The notes: generated by a model from the letters alone, not told the origin. Positions 1 to 11,944 are shown, counted from the stretch's first letter. The stretch: 64,000 bases of DNA from Eledone cirrhosa (GCA_964016885.1 OZ024747.1:57164001-57228000); one strand, 5' to 3'. Translations and numbers: made by a program.

Positions 1-199
1 AAAGTCTTGGAGGCTATATTGTTTTCTGATTTTGTAAGTATGTTCACGGGTGTTAGACATATGGAATTCAAATGTATGCTTGCAAGACATAAGAAAAGAT
101 CAACAGAATCTGTAGAACATCAAATGTCTTCTTTCCCAGAGTCTCCATTAGGAATACATTATGTTGGTCTGAACACATCCTGAATGAAGAGGTCATGGA

Positions 200-460
200 A
201 ACAGTCAAGCTGATTCATCTACATAATGCCATCACTGTAAGATGGCTGGCAGTGCTTGGCCATAGACCATATTCTATGTATGTCCATGAAATAACCAATG
301 AAAGTCTTTTTTGAATGGAAATTGAAAGGGGACAGAGCATAGAAGTGAAGGCAACCCTGGTTAAAGTCTGTGAAGGAGGACTTTGTAAGTGTTGGTTTGA
401 CCTGGCAGCAGATCCATGACAGAGCTTGTGACCATGTGGAATGGAGATCTCTCATCACCC
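200..460 (+). pseudogene. Highly degenerate LINE RT C-terminal fragment
   Basis: Broken translation gives ...VRWLAVLGH... and ...PWLKSVKEDFVSVGLTWQQIHDRACDHVEWRS, resembling RTE C-termini; contains stops and frameshifts. Confidence 0.35.
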
Positions 461-539
461 AGTGCTCTATACAGAAAAAAAGGAACTAAAGAAAAAGAAA
501 ATGTTTGTGTATTCTTATTACTCTTATATGTCACATAAA

Positions 540-880
540 GTGTCTGTCAGCTGGCCTGTGATCCCATTACACCTTTTATACATCCATTGTTTATACTGGC
601 TGAACTGTACAGAATTTCTACACTCTCCTTTCCTGCATATCAAGCGTGGCCACTTTCCATGGGGCAGTAGCATCTTTCACACTTACAGAAACCTTTAATC
701 CTTGCTAAGTTTACTTTGAGGTCTGTGAATTCTAAGTTATGTTTCCTGGGCAGGAATTATGTATATAGATTTACTACAAATTGAGCTATAACATCTAAGT
801 TATTGGCATAAAGAATTCCTAACAGACAGCCAGACTTAACCTATTCTGTTATGGCCTGGTAGACTATGATAATTTAGTGG
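540..880 (-). pseudogene. Degenerate fragment of the PHD-bearing RTE LINE family
   Basis: Minus translation KWPRLICRKGECRNSVQFSQYKQWMYKRCNGITGQLT matches KWPCSVCRKGVGRNSILCPKCKQWVHKRCSGI in the younger copies. Confidence 0.6.
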
Positions 881-886
881 GTTTAA

Positions 887-1106
887 CCCTTTAACATTTA
901 AGCCGGCCATAACCAGCCAGAATTCCCTTACCTCTTTCTGTTCAAACTGGCTGTAACTAGCCACTCATGTCTAGGTTAAGGTATTGTTCTCAAAATAAAT
1001 AATATCAAAATCTCATAGATTCAATATTATGTGAGATATTATGTAAGCTAAAACCTTTACTGTGAAAATACAATAATAAACATAAAGTAATGTAAATGCT
1101 AAAGGG
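887..1106. mobile_element. piggyBac-type MITE
   Basis: TTAA at 883-886 and 1107-1110 flanks termini CCCTTTAACATTTA / TAAATGCTAAAGGG (13/14 inverted match); no ORF. Confidence 0.7.
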
Positions 1107-1139
1107 TTAATAATTAAATTGTTAAACATCTTTGCCATG

Positions 1140-1491
1140 TACTCTCAGATCTTGAATTATTCCCCCCTCCTCCGCTTATTAATTTTTCAGATATTTTCCA
1201 ACCCCAAGTTTATATTCCAATACAACCCCTGCTTATTAAAGTTTGCTAATCTATCTTCGGCGAAATTTTATTGTAAGTGATTCATATTGATACAGCAGCT
1301 GGAGTATCTAATAATAATTTTATTTTATATTAAAAAAAAAAACATTATATATGACAAAAAAGAACATTACAAAAAGTCCCATATTTACGAATATACACTA
1401 TACAATTACTGCCCTCCGTTTATTCCTAGCCACCCCACTTATAAGAATTTAAGCAAATGTCCAACCCCCCTATCATTTGGGACCCAAAGAG
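1140..1491. mobile_element. Possible old MITE
   Basis: Weakly inverted ends TACTCTCAGATCTTGAATTAT ... ATCATTTGGGACCCAAAGAGT, with internal CCCC..TTATT repeats. Confidence 0.3.
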
Positions 1492-2754
1492 TGGAAATAT
1501 CCAAAGGGGTGAAGAAGACCCAGTGGTGTTATGACCTGCCACATAATTTGGCTAGGGTGAATGTGGACTGTATAGTAGAAAATGTATGATTAGTAACCTT
1601 TTTAAAAGTGGTCAGAACAAAAATTGTCAAAATCTATATTTGTGAACTTACGAAACTGTAAGTTGAAATTGCTATATTTAGGAGAATGGGTCACATAAGT
1701 GGAAGAAGGAGGCACATATAGTGGAACTAGAGTGAGGCACAGAATACCATGGTATCGGCTGTGCTGGCATATATTTCACCAAGACCACACAAAATAAACA
1801 ATCTTTGAATTCTGAGCACAATATAGAAACAGAATTAACTAATATGTTACCAAATATATATTTAAAAAAAATATTTATGATATTCAAATAATATTTTAAG
1901 TAATCAGGAATTTGGAGGGATTTAGTAATATAACAAATTTTTTCATTATTAAGCTGGAGTTTGGAACATAATATATATTAACACAGGTTCATATATAAAA
2001 TTATGATGGAACATTTTAAATGAATATAAACACTTTAAAATAAACAGTTTTTGTATTGTAGAACCATAAGTGGTTTTGTATAAAAATGGTTAAATAACAT
2101 TAAAACATCCAGCCTGAAATTCTACAATTTGTTCCTTGCTACTGTCTTGGTTGACTCAGATATCAAAGAAACCAATAAAGATGTCCCTATGTGGTTCATC
2201 AATCTGTTAGAAATAGCAGCCAAATTTTCTCTTAAACTACTGGATAAATAATATAAATGAGGTTGGTGTTAGGAAGGACATCCAGTTATAGAAACCAAGC
2301 CAAAATCAGTTCTGTGTGAGTGGGACATGGTCCTTGACCTAGCATTGCCCTCAACAGGACAACTCGTCTAACCCATGTTAATGGGGAAAAATGGACGTAA
2401 AACAGTGATGATGGTCAGGATAGTTACTACACTTAGAAAATTCCAGGAAAAGTAAAAAAGAACAACTGATGGAATAGTCATATCTGGAATGTGGAATGTC
2501 ATTGCCCTTAGGTATATTCAGGGCTGACCTAGGGCTAAACAACAACAACAACCAAAACAAAGATATTAAATATCTGGTTCAATTATTGATGCTATATATT
2601 AATCATAGACATTTCTTATAAAGTAAACAATAGCCCTCGAGTTATAATGAAACTTTGAAGTAAATGTATAAATGTGTTTATATATACATATACATATACA
2701 TACATACACACACACACACATACATACACACACATATACATACACACACATTTT

Positions 2755-2802
<48 letters not shown>

Positions 2803-2891
2803 CACATATATATATATATACATATATACATATACATATTTATGCATATATATATATATATAAACACATATATAAACACATATATATATAC

Positions 2892-2929
<38 letters not shown>

Positions 2930-2931
2930 AT

Positions 2932-2988
2932 ATGATGGCTGCCCCCTCGTTATCGAGTATGGCCATTGCACAATAGAAAAAAAAAAAA

Positions 2989-3082
<94 letters not shown>

Positions 3083-3087
3083 AAAAG

Positions 3088-3120
<33 letters not shown>

Positions 3121-3240
3121 TATACACATATATATATATACACATATATACACACACACATACATACACATACATACATATATACACACACACATACATA
3201 CACATACACTCACACATATATACACACATACATTAATAAC

Positions 3241-3289
<49 letters not shown>

Positions 3290-3368
3290 GCAATAATAAT
3301 AATAACGACAACAACAATAATAATATACATATTCATATATATATACACACACACGCACGCACATAAGC

Positions 3369-3412
<44 letters not shown>

Positions 3413-6400
3413 GATAGCAACTAACAGTGCTGCGATCGAATGTGGCTTTTTAGCCCAGCCAATGATCTAAAATGTCTTGCACAGAGTCGGCAACCAAAAC
3501 ATTTACTGGGAATAGTCGGCTGTGGTTGGAGTTCGTGTACTTTTGCATGTCGCTTGAGTCCTCCTGCTGATTTACATTCTCTACCACATGTTTGGCAAGC
3601 ATGATGAGTAGCATCTCCAACAGCAGCCTGGTAGTCAACCACTGGTCTTACTTTATGACTGCGAAGATGACTTTCGAGTCCAGCTTTGCTTAGGCAGAGT
3701 CTCGCACAGACGCTGCATGTCAGAAACATAGGAGGACCCTCGCCGTCTGGAAGTGCAACAGCAATACCCTTCCTCACGTCCCGCCTTACTTTCTCGTGTG
3801 CGATTCGAGATGCCTCAAAGGCAACTTTTCCCTCATATACAGTCTTTCTCCATTTACTACGATCAGCAGCAATATTTTCCCATGTATCAGCAGAGATGTT
3901 AGCGTCTTTCAGAGAGGCCTTCAAGGAATCCTTATACCTCTTTTTTGGTTTATGTGGCGGTCGTTTTCCTTTAACCAACTCTCCATAGAAGAGTTGTTTT
4001 GGTATTCTAGAATCCTTCATCCTGGCAAGGTGACCACTCCAACGGAGTCGCTGCTTAAGCACAAGAGCTTCTATACTGTCACACATAGAGCTTTCCAAAA
4101 TCTCGACATCACTGATGTGGTCCCTCCAGTGAACGCCATGTATCCGTCTGAGACACATCTGATGGAAACGCTCCAATTGCTTAAGGTGGCGTCGATATGT
4201 GACCCAGGTCTCGCAGGCATAAAGAAGACAAGAGAGTACACATGCCCTGTACACCCTTACCTTTGTCCTCCTGCATATGTCTCGCCGACCCCAGAGTCGC
4301 CTTTCTAGCTTTCCGAAAGCATCACTTGCTTTCCTAATCCTAAGTGAGATTTCACTGTCAAGGTTGCCGTATCGATTGACAGTGCTTCCCAGGTAGACAA
4401 ACTGATCAACCACTCCAAGTCGTTTGCCATACACATAGATGTTTGGTTCAGTGTACTGCCCACCAGGTGCAGGTTGGTACATGACGACGGTTTTCTTGAG
4501 ACTGACAGTCAAACCCAGGGCAGTGCAAGCGTCAGAAAATACATTCAAAATGTGCTGCATATCACTCTCTGTGTGCGCTACAAGATCGCAATCATCTGCA
4601 TACAAGAGGTCTCTTATGACTGATGTAAATACTTTTGTCTTCGCAGCAAAGCGCCTGATGTTAAATATGCTGCCTGAGGTTCGATATCGGATGTAAACAC
4701 CATGCTCGCAATTCCTGAATGCAATACAGAAAACCATTGCAAAGTATATGGCAAACAGGGTCGGTGCTGGAATATCCCCCTGTTTCACTCCATTTTTTAC
4801 TGAGATAGGCTCCGACATGTTACCTCCGACATTAACCCAAGCCTTCATGTCGTCATGGAAAGACCTAACTAAAGCAAGGAACTTATCAGGGCAACCAAGT
4901 TTCTGGAGAACCTTCCATAATGCATCTCTGTTGACAGTATCGAAAGCCTTTGTCAGATCGACAAAAACCTGATACAGATCCAAGCCCTGTTCAATGCACT
5001 TCTCCTGGAGCTGTCTAGCTGAGAAGATCATATCAGTAGTGCCGCGTCCAACACGAAAACCAGATTGACTTTCAGGAAGGACACAATCTGCAATGTGTGT
5101 CAGCAGACGGTCCAGAAGCACCCTACATAAAACTTTCCCCACGACAGAAAGCAATGATATACCTCTGTAGTTCCCACAATCATTCCTGTTACCCTTTCCC
5201 TTGTACAAGACCACCATTACTGCATCTCTCCAGTCCTCAGGCACGGATTCATTAGCCCATATCCCTCCAAACAGAGAGTGAAGATGTTGCAGGAGTCTCT
5301 CACCACCATATTGTAGGAGCTCAGCATGTATGCCATCCATACCTGGAGATCTTCCACTGTTCAGCTTCGAAATAGCCACTGCAACCTCCACAAGTGTCGG
5401 AGGTTCTGCGAGAGCTACTTTCACAGGACTTTCCGGAATGAGATTGAGGAAATCTTCACTGACGACAGACGGCTGATTCAAAAGATCATCAAAGTGCTCT
5501 CGCCACCTTCGTAGAATTCCCTGTGAGTCACGAAGAAGTTCTTTGCCATCCCTGCTGCGAATCGGTGTCACCAGAGAAGAAGACGGTCCATAAACCTCAC
5601 GCAAGAGACTGTACAACAGCTTTGTGTTATTGCAATCAGACGCAGTTTGTATCTCACCAGCCTTCTCACTCCACCACTGATCCTTCATCTGAGAAAGACT
5701 CCGCCTAACACGTGATTTTACATCCCTGAGCTCCTCATGCAACGTATTCCTCTCCTGTGGTTTTGCCGTCAAGTAGCGTGACAGAGCGCGCCTCTTATCA
5801 GCCAACAAGTCATCTATATGCACATCTTTCTCATTAAACCAGTCCTGATGTTTTCTCTGCACCAATCCCAGAACACGTCTGCCTACATCATAAACCGACT
5901 TTTTAAGGGTCGGCCAATCCTCACCAAGATCTGCAGCCTGCATCTCTTCTTCCAATGTCCTCTTCACATTTTTATCCTTAAGACGAGCAGCATTCAATCT
6001 TTTGGGCAGGGTAACACCAGGAGCCCGGATTTTACGTTTGGTGATTAGATTCACTTTTGCGCGTACCAGGCGGTGGTCCGTCCAGCACTCAGCTCCACGA
6101 AGAACACGAACACACTGCACATCCTGTCTGTCACGCATCCTGACTAGGACGTAGTCCAAAAGATGCCATTCCTTAGATGCAGGATGCATCCATGTGGTCT
6201 TGAATTTGTTCTTTTGTTGGAACATGGTGTTGGTAACACACAGATCCAGCTCCTCACACATCTGCAGCAAGAGCATACCATTGCTGTTACACTTTCCCAC
6301 CCCATGCCTTCCGATTACATTCCATGTGTTAAAATCCCTACCCACTCTAGCATTAAAGTCACCAAGCACGATGACTTTGTCTGCCTGAGGGATATTTCTT

Positions 6401-6975
6401 AAAACACCTTTCAAGGCATGGTAAAAGGACAGTTTTTCTTCATCGACAGAATTCATAGTTGGAGCATACACACTCACCAGGGTAGCATATCTTCCCTTGT
6501 CCAGCGGAACTCTCATGGACATAAGACGCTCACTAATCCCCACTGGGAATTCTTCTAATTTATTCACCAGTACAGTCTTAACAGCAAATCCTACCCCAGC
6601 CTCTCTTCTGGTTCCTTCATCTCTTCCTTTCCAGAAGAATGTATATTCTCCACAAAATTCCGTAAGATGACCATCCCCAGCTAACCTCGTCTCAGACAAA
6701 GCCACGATGTCAAGATCGTAACGTCGAAGCTCCTTCGCAACAAGAGCGGTCCTTCGTTCAGGACGCTCCAAAGAATCCCTGTCAAGCAGCGTCCGTACGT
6801 TCCAGCAGCCAAGACTAAATGCCCTGTTTGGCTCTATTACAATGGCACGATGACGGGCGGACCCAGGTTGTGATAACTTGGGGCCCCTGCCCTTATTGCC
6901 AATGATCCTTTTTGTTCCAGAACCCAAATTGGCAATTATCTCGTTTACATTGTTCTGGAACATCATTGAATTGGG

Positions 6976-7009
<34 letters not shown>

Positions 7010-7014
7010 TAATA

Positions 7015-7049
<35 letters not shown>

Positions 7050-7350
7050 ACACTATTAATAATTATTAATGCACTCGTGCAATGCCTGTGCGTGACGAAT
7101 ATTTTTAAAGTGAGGAAAGACTGTGCACTGAACCAATCCCACTCTCTGAGCGACAGTAGCTATAACCCGAAAAGAAGAAAAGATCAACATCATCGGTAAC
7201 TACTGAGCCGCAGGTTTTATATCGGAGTTAACCCAGTTTCCTGAGATGCCTTCTCCTAGAAGAATACCCTGACATGGGCTAGGGGTTCTTCACTCCCAGT
7301 GGTTTAACTGCGCGATCGGGCATTCAGCCCGATTATTTCTATGTCCCCGC

Positions 7351-7352
<2 letters not shown>
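2932..7352 (-). mobile_element. Full-length RTE/BovB-like LINE including 5' UTR and 3' terminal stem-loop
   Basis: The 5' region (minus) has RTE-type UTR motifs (CTAGGAGAAGG...AACTCCGATATAAAACC; GCACAGTCTTTCCTCACTTTAAAA). The 3' terminus (minus) GGCCATACTCGATAACGAGGGGGCAGCCATCAT resembles RTE 3' stem-loops. Simple repeats lie inside both UTRs. The ends are approximate. Confidence 0.8.
3421..6966 (-). CDS. Intact non-LTR retrotransposon ORF (RTE/BovB-like): APE endonuclease + reverse transcriptase + 3 C-terminal C2H2 zinc fingers
   Basis: 1181-aa uninterrupted ORF. EN motifs WNVRTL, ALSETR, GVGFAV, SVYAPT, LGDFNA, LLDYV, TDHRLV. RT motifs NYRGISLL, QSGFR, FVDLTKAFDTV, GVKQGD, LLYADD, YLGS, LRWSGH. 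C-terminal CxxC-x12-HxxxH(H) three times. Confidence 0.95.
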   Translation of the reverse strand: MMFQNNVNEIIANLGSGTKRIIGNKGRGPKLSQPGSARHRAIVIEPNRAFSLGCWNVRTLLDRDSLERPERRTALVAKELRRYDLDIVALSETRLAGDGHLTEFCGEYTFFWKGRDEGTRREAGVGFAVKTVLVNKLEEFPVGISERLMSMRVPLDKGRYATLVSVYAPTMNSVDEEKLSFYHALKGVLRNIPQADKVIVLGDFNARVGRDFNTWNVIGRHGVGKCNSNGMLLLQMCEELDLCVTNTMFQQKNKFKTTWMHPASKEWHLLDYVLVRMRDRQDVQCVRVLRGAECWTDHRLVRAKVNLITKRKIRAPGVTLPKRLNAARLKDKNVKRTLEEEMQAADLGEDWPTLKKSVYDVGRRVLGLVQRKHQDWFNEKDVHIDDLLADKRRALSRYLTAKPQERNTLHEELRDVKSRVRRSLSQMKDQWWSEKAGEIQTASDCNNTKLLYSLLREVYGPSSSLVTPIRSRDGKELLRDSQGILRRWREHFDDLLNQPSVVSEDFLNLIPESPVKVALAEPPTLVEVAVAISKLNSGRSPGMDGIHAELLQYGGERLLQHLHSLFGGIWANESVPEDWRDAVMVVLYKGKGNRNDCGNYRGISLLSVVGKVLCRVLLDRLLTHIADCVLPESQSGFRVGRGTTDMIFSARQLQEKCIEQGLDLYQVFVDLTKAFDTVNRDALWKVLQKLGCPDKFLALVRSFHDDMKAWVNVGGNMSEPISVKNGVKQGDIPAPTLFAIYFAMVFCIAFRNCEHGVYIRYRTSGSIFNIRRFAAKTKVFTSVIRDLLYADDCDLVAHTESDMQHILNVFSDACTALGLTVSLKKTVVMYQPAPGGQYTEPNIYVYGKRLGVVDQFVYLGSTVNRYGNLDSEISLRIRKASDAFGKLERRLWGRRDICRRTKVRVYRACVLSCLLYACETWVTYRRHLKQLERFHQMCLRRIHGVHWRDHISDVEILESSMCDSIEALVLKQRLRWSGHLARMKDSRIPKQLFYGELVKGKRPPHKPKKRYKDSLKASLKDANISADTWENIAADRSKWRKTVYEGKVAFEASRIAHEKVRRDVRKGIAVALPDGEGPPMFLTCSVCARLCLSKAGLESHLRSHKVRPVVDYQAAVGDATHHACQTCGRECKSAGGLKRHAKVHELQPQPTIPSKCFGCRLCARHFRSLAGLKSHIRSQHC

Positions 7353-7388
<36 letters not shown>

Positions 7389-7589
7389 ACTTATTGACAC
7401 TTATACGTACGACATACACACACACGCATACATATGCGTGCACACAGCAACACTCACACACACAACAAACACACACACACGCTACTCTACTCACTTACAC
7501 GCACACACACACATATATATATATATATTACCGTCATTACTGATACAAGATTACCAGATTATGTCAACTGTTGACTTTCAAGAGTTTGT

Positions 7590-7740
7590 ATAGTTGAAGC
7601 CGATCGTATTACAGTCCAGTATTACTATAATTGCTTTACAGCATAGAGTTATGGCTCTCCACGGAGTCAACAAAAGAGAGTACCAGTGATGCGCTGGCCA
7701 GTCGCTGGATCCGTGCCAAAAGCAGAAAAATTATTATTAA
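7590..7740 (+). mobile_element. Degenerate short SINE (family 2)
   Basis: GTCAACAAAAGAGAGTACCAGTGATGCGCTGG...GTGCCAAAAGCAGAAAAATTATTATT resembles the copies at 9605, 45100 and 63486. Confidence 0.45.
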
Positions 7741-7823
7741 AGTTGTTCTTAAGGTCGCTGGTGATGGTGATGGCGACGGCGGTGGCGGTGGTGGTGGTGG
7801 TGGCAGTTGATGTTGTTGTTCTG

Positions 7824-7860
<37 letters not shown>

Positions 7861-8324
7861 GTTATTTTGAGTTTTTTTTTGTTTTTTTTTCCTTTCTTTT
7901 TTTTCCTCCTTTTTTTTTTTTTTTTCCCCTTCCCTTTTTCTTTTTTCTTTTTTCTTTTCCCTTCCTTTTTTTATGTTTTGATGCCGCTGTTGTTGTTGTT
8001 GTAATTGTTGTAAATGTTCATTTCAGTTCATTCTGAAGCTGTTGTTGCTGTAAACATTAGTGCCGGTGTTGTTGTTGTTGTAGATGTTGGGGTTGAAATC
8101 TGGTTGTTTGACTGAGTGATGTATATACACACATATACATACACACACATATATATATATACATTCATCAGAGAGTAGAGAGTTTGACAACAGGTCGATG
8201 ACTTTAGTCTCGATAGGGTATGGTATGGTAATGACATGTGATGGTGGGGAGAGAGTGTAGACGTTATTGTGGTGGTGTGGACAGTGAGATGTATCTAGTT
8301 CATTTGACCGTTTTCTTCTCTTAG

Positions 8325-8358
8325 CAAAATTTGAATTCTAGCCATGTTATATTGAGAT
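8325..8358 (+). CDS. Candidate host-gene exon (QNLNSSHVILR)
   Basis: Polypyrimidine acceptor ttttcttctcttag, strong donor gtaagt, one open frame, non-repetitive context; no homology recognised. Confidence 0.25.
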
Positions 8359-8928
8359 GTAAGTAAATGTAAAATATAAATAAGGATTGCTCTGCTAAAA
8401 TATACTAAAATATTTGTGTAACTTCCACAAACTTCTGTCGTGACATTCCCGAGTCCAGTAACCAACAAATTGTTGTATTTTGATGTTTCAGAATACAAAA
8501 ATTAATTAAAAACTTACCCCACGAAGAGACAGCGTGTGTTGTCCTATCTATAAGCTCCCTCATACATATACATGCATATATATACACACATATAAGTTTA
8601 TATATAAATATCAATATATATATATATATATATATATAGTAGAATAATCGAGAATGCATATGCCTGGCGTGCATGCATGCGTTGCCTTGTTTTGTTTATT
8701 CATTTAGCGAAAAATAAATATGCATTGAAGCCCCGTGCTGCCACCTCCTTATAACTTACCATTACTTTAGCCACAGCCACCACACATTCACCCATTCCTG
8801 ATTATATTGGAAATGTTAGTGTCCATCAATTTTTATTCAGTAATTTCTTCTTTTAAAAGCGAGCTTCATATTTTTCTTTCTTACAAAATAACACTGGTCA
8901 GCAAGAGATACTTCTCTTGTCTATTCAG

Positions 8929-8969
8929 CCAGATTTCATCCACATGATTGTATTCTGTGGATCAAGTAA
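8929..8969 (+). CDS. Candidate terminal exon ((S)RFHPHDCILWIK*)
   Basis: Acceptor cttctcttgtctattcag; phase compatible with the 8325-8358 exon; two AATAAA hexamers downstream (~9080, ~9094). Confidence 0.2.
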
Positions 8970-9153
8970 TGACCTGAAGTATCTAAAGGATAATTGCTAG
9001 TCCAAGCTGGCAGAATGACAGAACTTCTGCTTTACTATTGTACCATTGCTTGAAGAAGAAGAAGAAACCTTTTTTTTTCAATAAATACATTCAATAAATA
9101 CACTTCATATTTTGGCTTTAGAAAAAATTGCTTTGCTGTATTATTAGAGTAAG

Positions 9154-9185
<32 letters not shown>

Positions 9186-9237
9186 TGTATGTATGTATGT
9201 ATGTATGTATGTATGTATGTATGTATGTATGTATGTA

Positions 9238-9321
<84 letters not shown>

Positions 9322-9378
9322 TATATGTAGATATAAATATGCACGCACACACACACACACACACTCACATATATATGG

Positions 9379-9424
<46 letters not shown>

Positions 9425-9535
9425 GCATGTGTGTGGTATGTATATATATATATTATATATATATATAAATGAAAATATATATGCATGTGTGTGTGTGTCT
9501 AAACATACATACATACATACATGCAAACATGTATG

Positions 9536-9568
<33 letters not shown>

Positions 9569-9604
9569 GCGTGTGTGTGTGTGTCTAAACATACATACAT
9601 ACAT

Positions 9605-9764
9605 GCAAGCCATGCTTTGATGCATAGAGTTACGGCCCTTGCCATTCTGAGTTCAAATCCCGCCGAGGTTAACTTTGCCTTTCATCCTTACGGGGTCGAT
9701 AAAATAAAGTACCAGTAATGCACTGGGTAATTGCTGGCCTTGTGCCAAAAAGTAGAAACAATTA
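9605..9764 (+). mobile_element. Short tRNA-related SINE (family 2)
   Basis: B-box GAGTTCAAATCCC followed by the conserved body CGCCGAGGTTAACTTTGCCTTTCATCC...AAAGTACCAGT...AGTAGAAACAATT; repeated elsewhere in the window. Confidence 0.7.
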
Positions 9765-9970
9765 TATATATATACATATATATATATATATAATATATAT
9801 ATATGTATATATATATATACATATATGTGTATATATAAATATACATGTATATTTATATATATTATATAAACGATATCATCATCATTTCATAACTGTTTTC
9901 CTTGCTAGCATGGGTCATCACAGTCAGAGTTACAGACGAGATTGAGACAACATCTTATATATATATATAT

Positions 9971-10319
9971 GGAGGCACATGGCTTAGTGGTTAGAGCATT
10001 GGCCTTGCAATTGAAAGGTTGTGAGTTCAATTCTCAGACCGGGTGATGTGTTGTTTCCTTGAGCAAGACACTTTATTTCACATTGCTCCAGTTTACTCAG
10101 CTGTAGAAATGAGATGATAGGGACTGGGGTCCCTATCATTCCACTGCAAAGTGGTTGTGGAGGTGCCACGCCAAAAAAGCACCCAGCACTCACTGTAAAT
10201 GAGGTTGGCGTTAGGAAGGGCATCCAGCTGTAGAAATCAAGCCAGAATCAGTTCCCGTCCCACCCTTGCAAGCAGGGAAAAAGCGGACGTAAAATGAAAT
10301 GATGATGATGATGATGATG
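9971..10319 (+). mobile_element. tRNA-head SINE (family 1) with CORE-like centre and RTE-derived 3' tail
   Basis: A box TGGCTTAGTGG, B box GAGTTCAATTC, core TCCTTGAGCAAGACACTT, tail GGTTGGCGTTAGGAAGGGCATCCAGCTGTAGAAA...GGACGTAAAA(TGA)n shared with RTE 3' UTRs; about 9 near-identical copies. Confidence 0.9.
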
Positions 10320-10548
10320 CATTCCCACATTCTACAAAGCACACTAGGTGCATTTTATCAAGGCAGCAGTGTTAAGGTCGTTGTTGGTTATTGGTGGAGT
10401 AAGAATGATGGAGTAAGTTTAAATAGGATGAGGGAAGTAAGGAAGTTGATACATATGTGACAATAGGTGGGGTGGAGGGGAGAGAGAATAACAAGTACGG
10501 GGCTATGGTTATGAGTGTCCTAGGGTTTAAAGAGGTGATATATATGTG

Positions 10549-10580
<32 letters not shown>

Positions 10581-10670
10581 GTAATAATAATAAATTTGAA
10601 GACTAAAATCCAAAGAGGGCTCGGTAAGGATAAATATATATATATATATACACCCACACATCTATATATA

Positions 10671-11060
10671 CGAGGGTAATCCCAAAAGTAAGGTCTCCAA
10701 AGCGATGGGGATGCAGAGAAACTGTTCGTATGGCTGTTGGCCAACACTGTTGTGATTGGTGCTTCCTTCACTCCCAAACAAGCATGCGTGCGCTCGCTGG
10801 AATGCTCAATCTTGGCTTGGCAGCCGTTGAGAATGGAGCTCCCATTGCACGCTACCAAGTGCGAATTTCGTGCAGTTATTATATAGAGGGCAATCCCAAA
10901 AGTAAGGTCTCCTTCCGAGGAAAACATGCGTAAAGATCGGCGGATCACTCTGGATGCTCTCTGCATTTTGGTTCCTGAGGTTTCCCGAAGCACCATCCAC
11001 AGGGATTTTAACGGAAAAGTTGCCATAGCGGAAGGAGACCTTACTTTTGGGATTGCCCTC

Positions 11061-11061
<1 letters not shown>
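10671..11061 (+). mobile_element. Mariner (Tc1/mariner) deletion derivative with duplicated left TIR
   Basis: TA-flanked TIR CGAGGG(T/C)AATCCCAAAAGTAAGGTCTCC at 10671 and again at 10886, with the inverse at 11029-11061. Transposase remnants MELPLHATKCEFRAVI (ATG 10833) and EENMRKDRRITLDALCILVPEVSRSTIH. Confidence 0.8.
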
Positions 11062-11111
<50 letters not shown>

Positions 11112-11296
11112 TAGAGAGAGAGAGAAATATTATTTAGAGTCAGGACCTGACAGCTGATCTCTTGCCATTTCAACCACTAGTTTCAGATCTTACAATATAG
11201 CCATACTCTACTACCCCAAGTATCGAGTACTCTGTAATGATCTAACCAGTTTCAAACTGTTTCTATCCTTTTATGTATATTTATATATATATATAT

Positions 11297-11772
<476 letters not shown>

Positions 11773-11837
11773 CAAGACGAGTGCTTACTCCTTCATTACA
11801 TTTATTGGTTGGTGATGTCTTTTTATTATTATATTAC

Positions 11838-11944
11838 ACCGCCGAGGTTGACTTTGCCTTTCATCCTTATGGGGGTCGATAAAATAAAGTATCAGTAATA
11901 CACTGGGTAATTGCTGGCCTTGTGCCTAAAGTAGAAACAATTAT
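11838..11944 (+). mobile_element. SINE family 2, 5'-truncated
   Basis: CGCCGAGGTTGACTTTGCCTTTCATCC...GTAGAAACAATT. Confidence 0.7.

Noticed and set aside
2599-3424. Many long ORFs of [16 protein letters not shown] type here and throughout the window
   Set aside because: They are translations of (TA)n, (CA)n and (AAT)n microsatellites, which lack stop codons; not genes.
7200-7353. HDV-like or twister ribozyme call at the LINE 5' end
   Set aside because: Could not fit the nested double pseudoknot or the twister consensus by eye; kept only as an unassigned structured leader.
9971-10045. tRNA gene
   Set aside because: A/B boxes are present but there is no convincing cloverleaf, and the sequence continues into a SINE body.
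9984-10223. Recurrent 79-aa [18 protein letters not shown]... (also 20321, 32688, 33526)
   Set aside because: It is the antisense reading of the non-coding SINE; recurrence reflects copy number.
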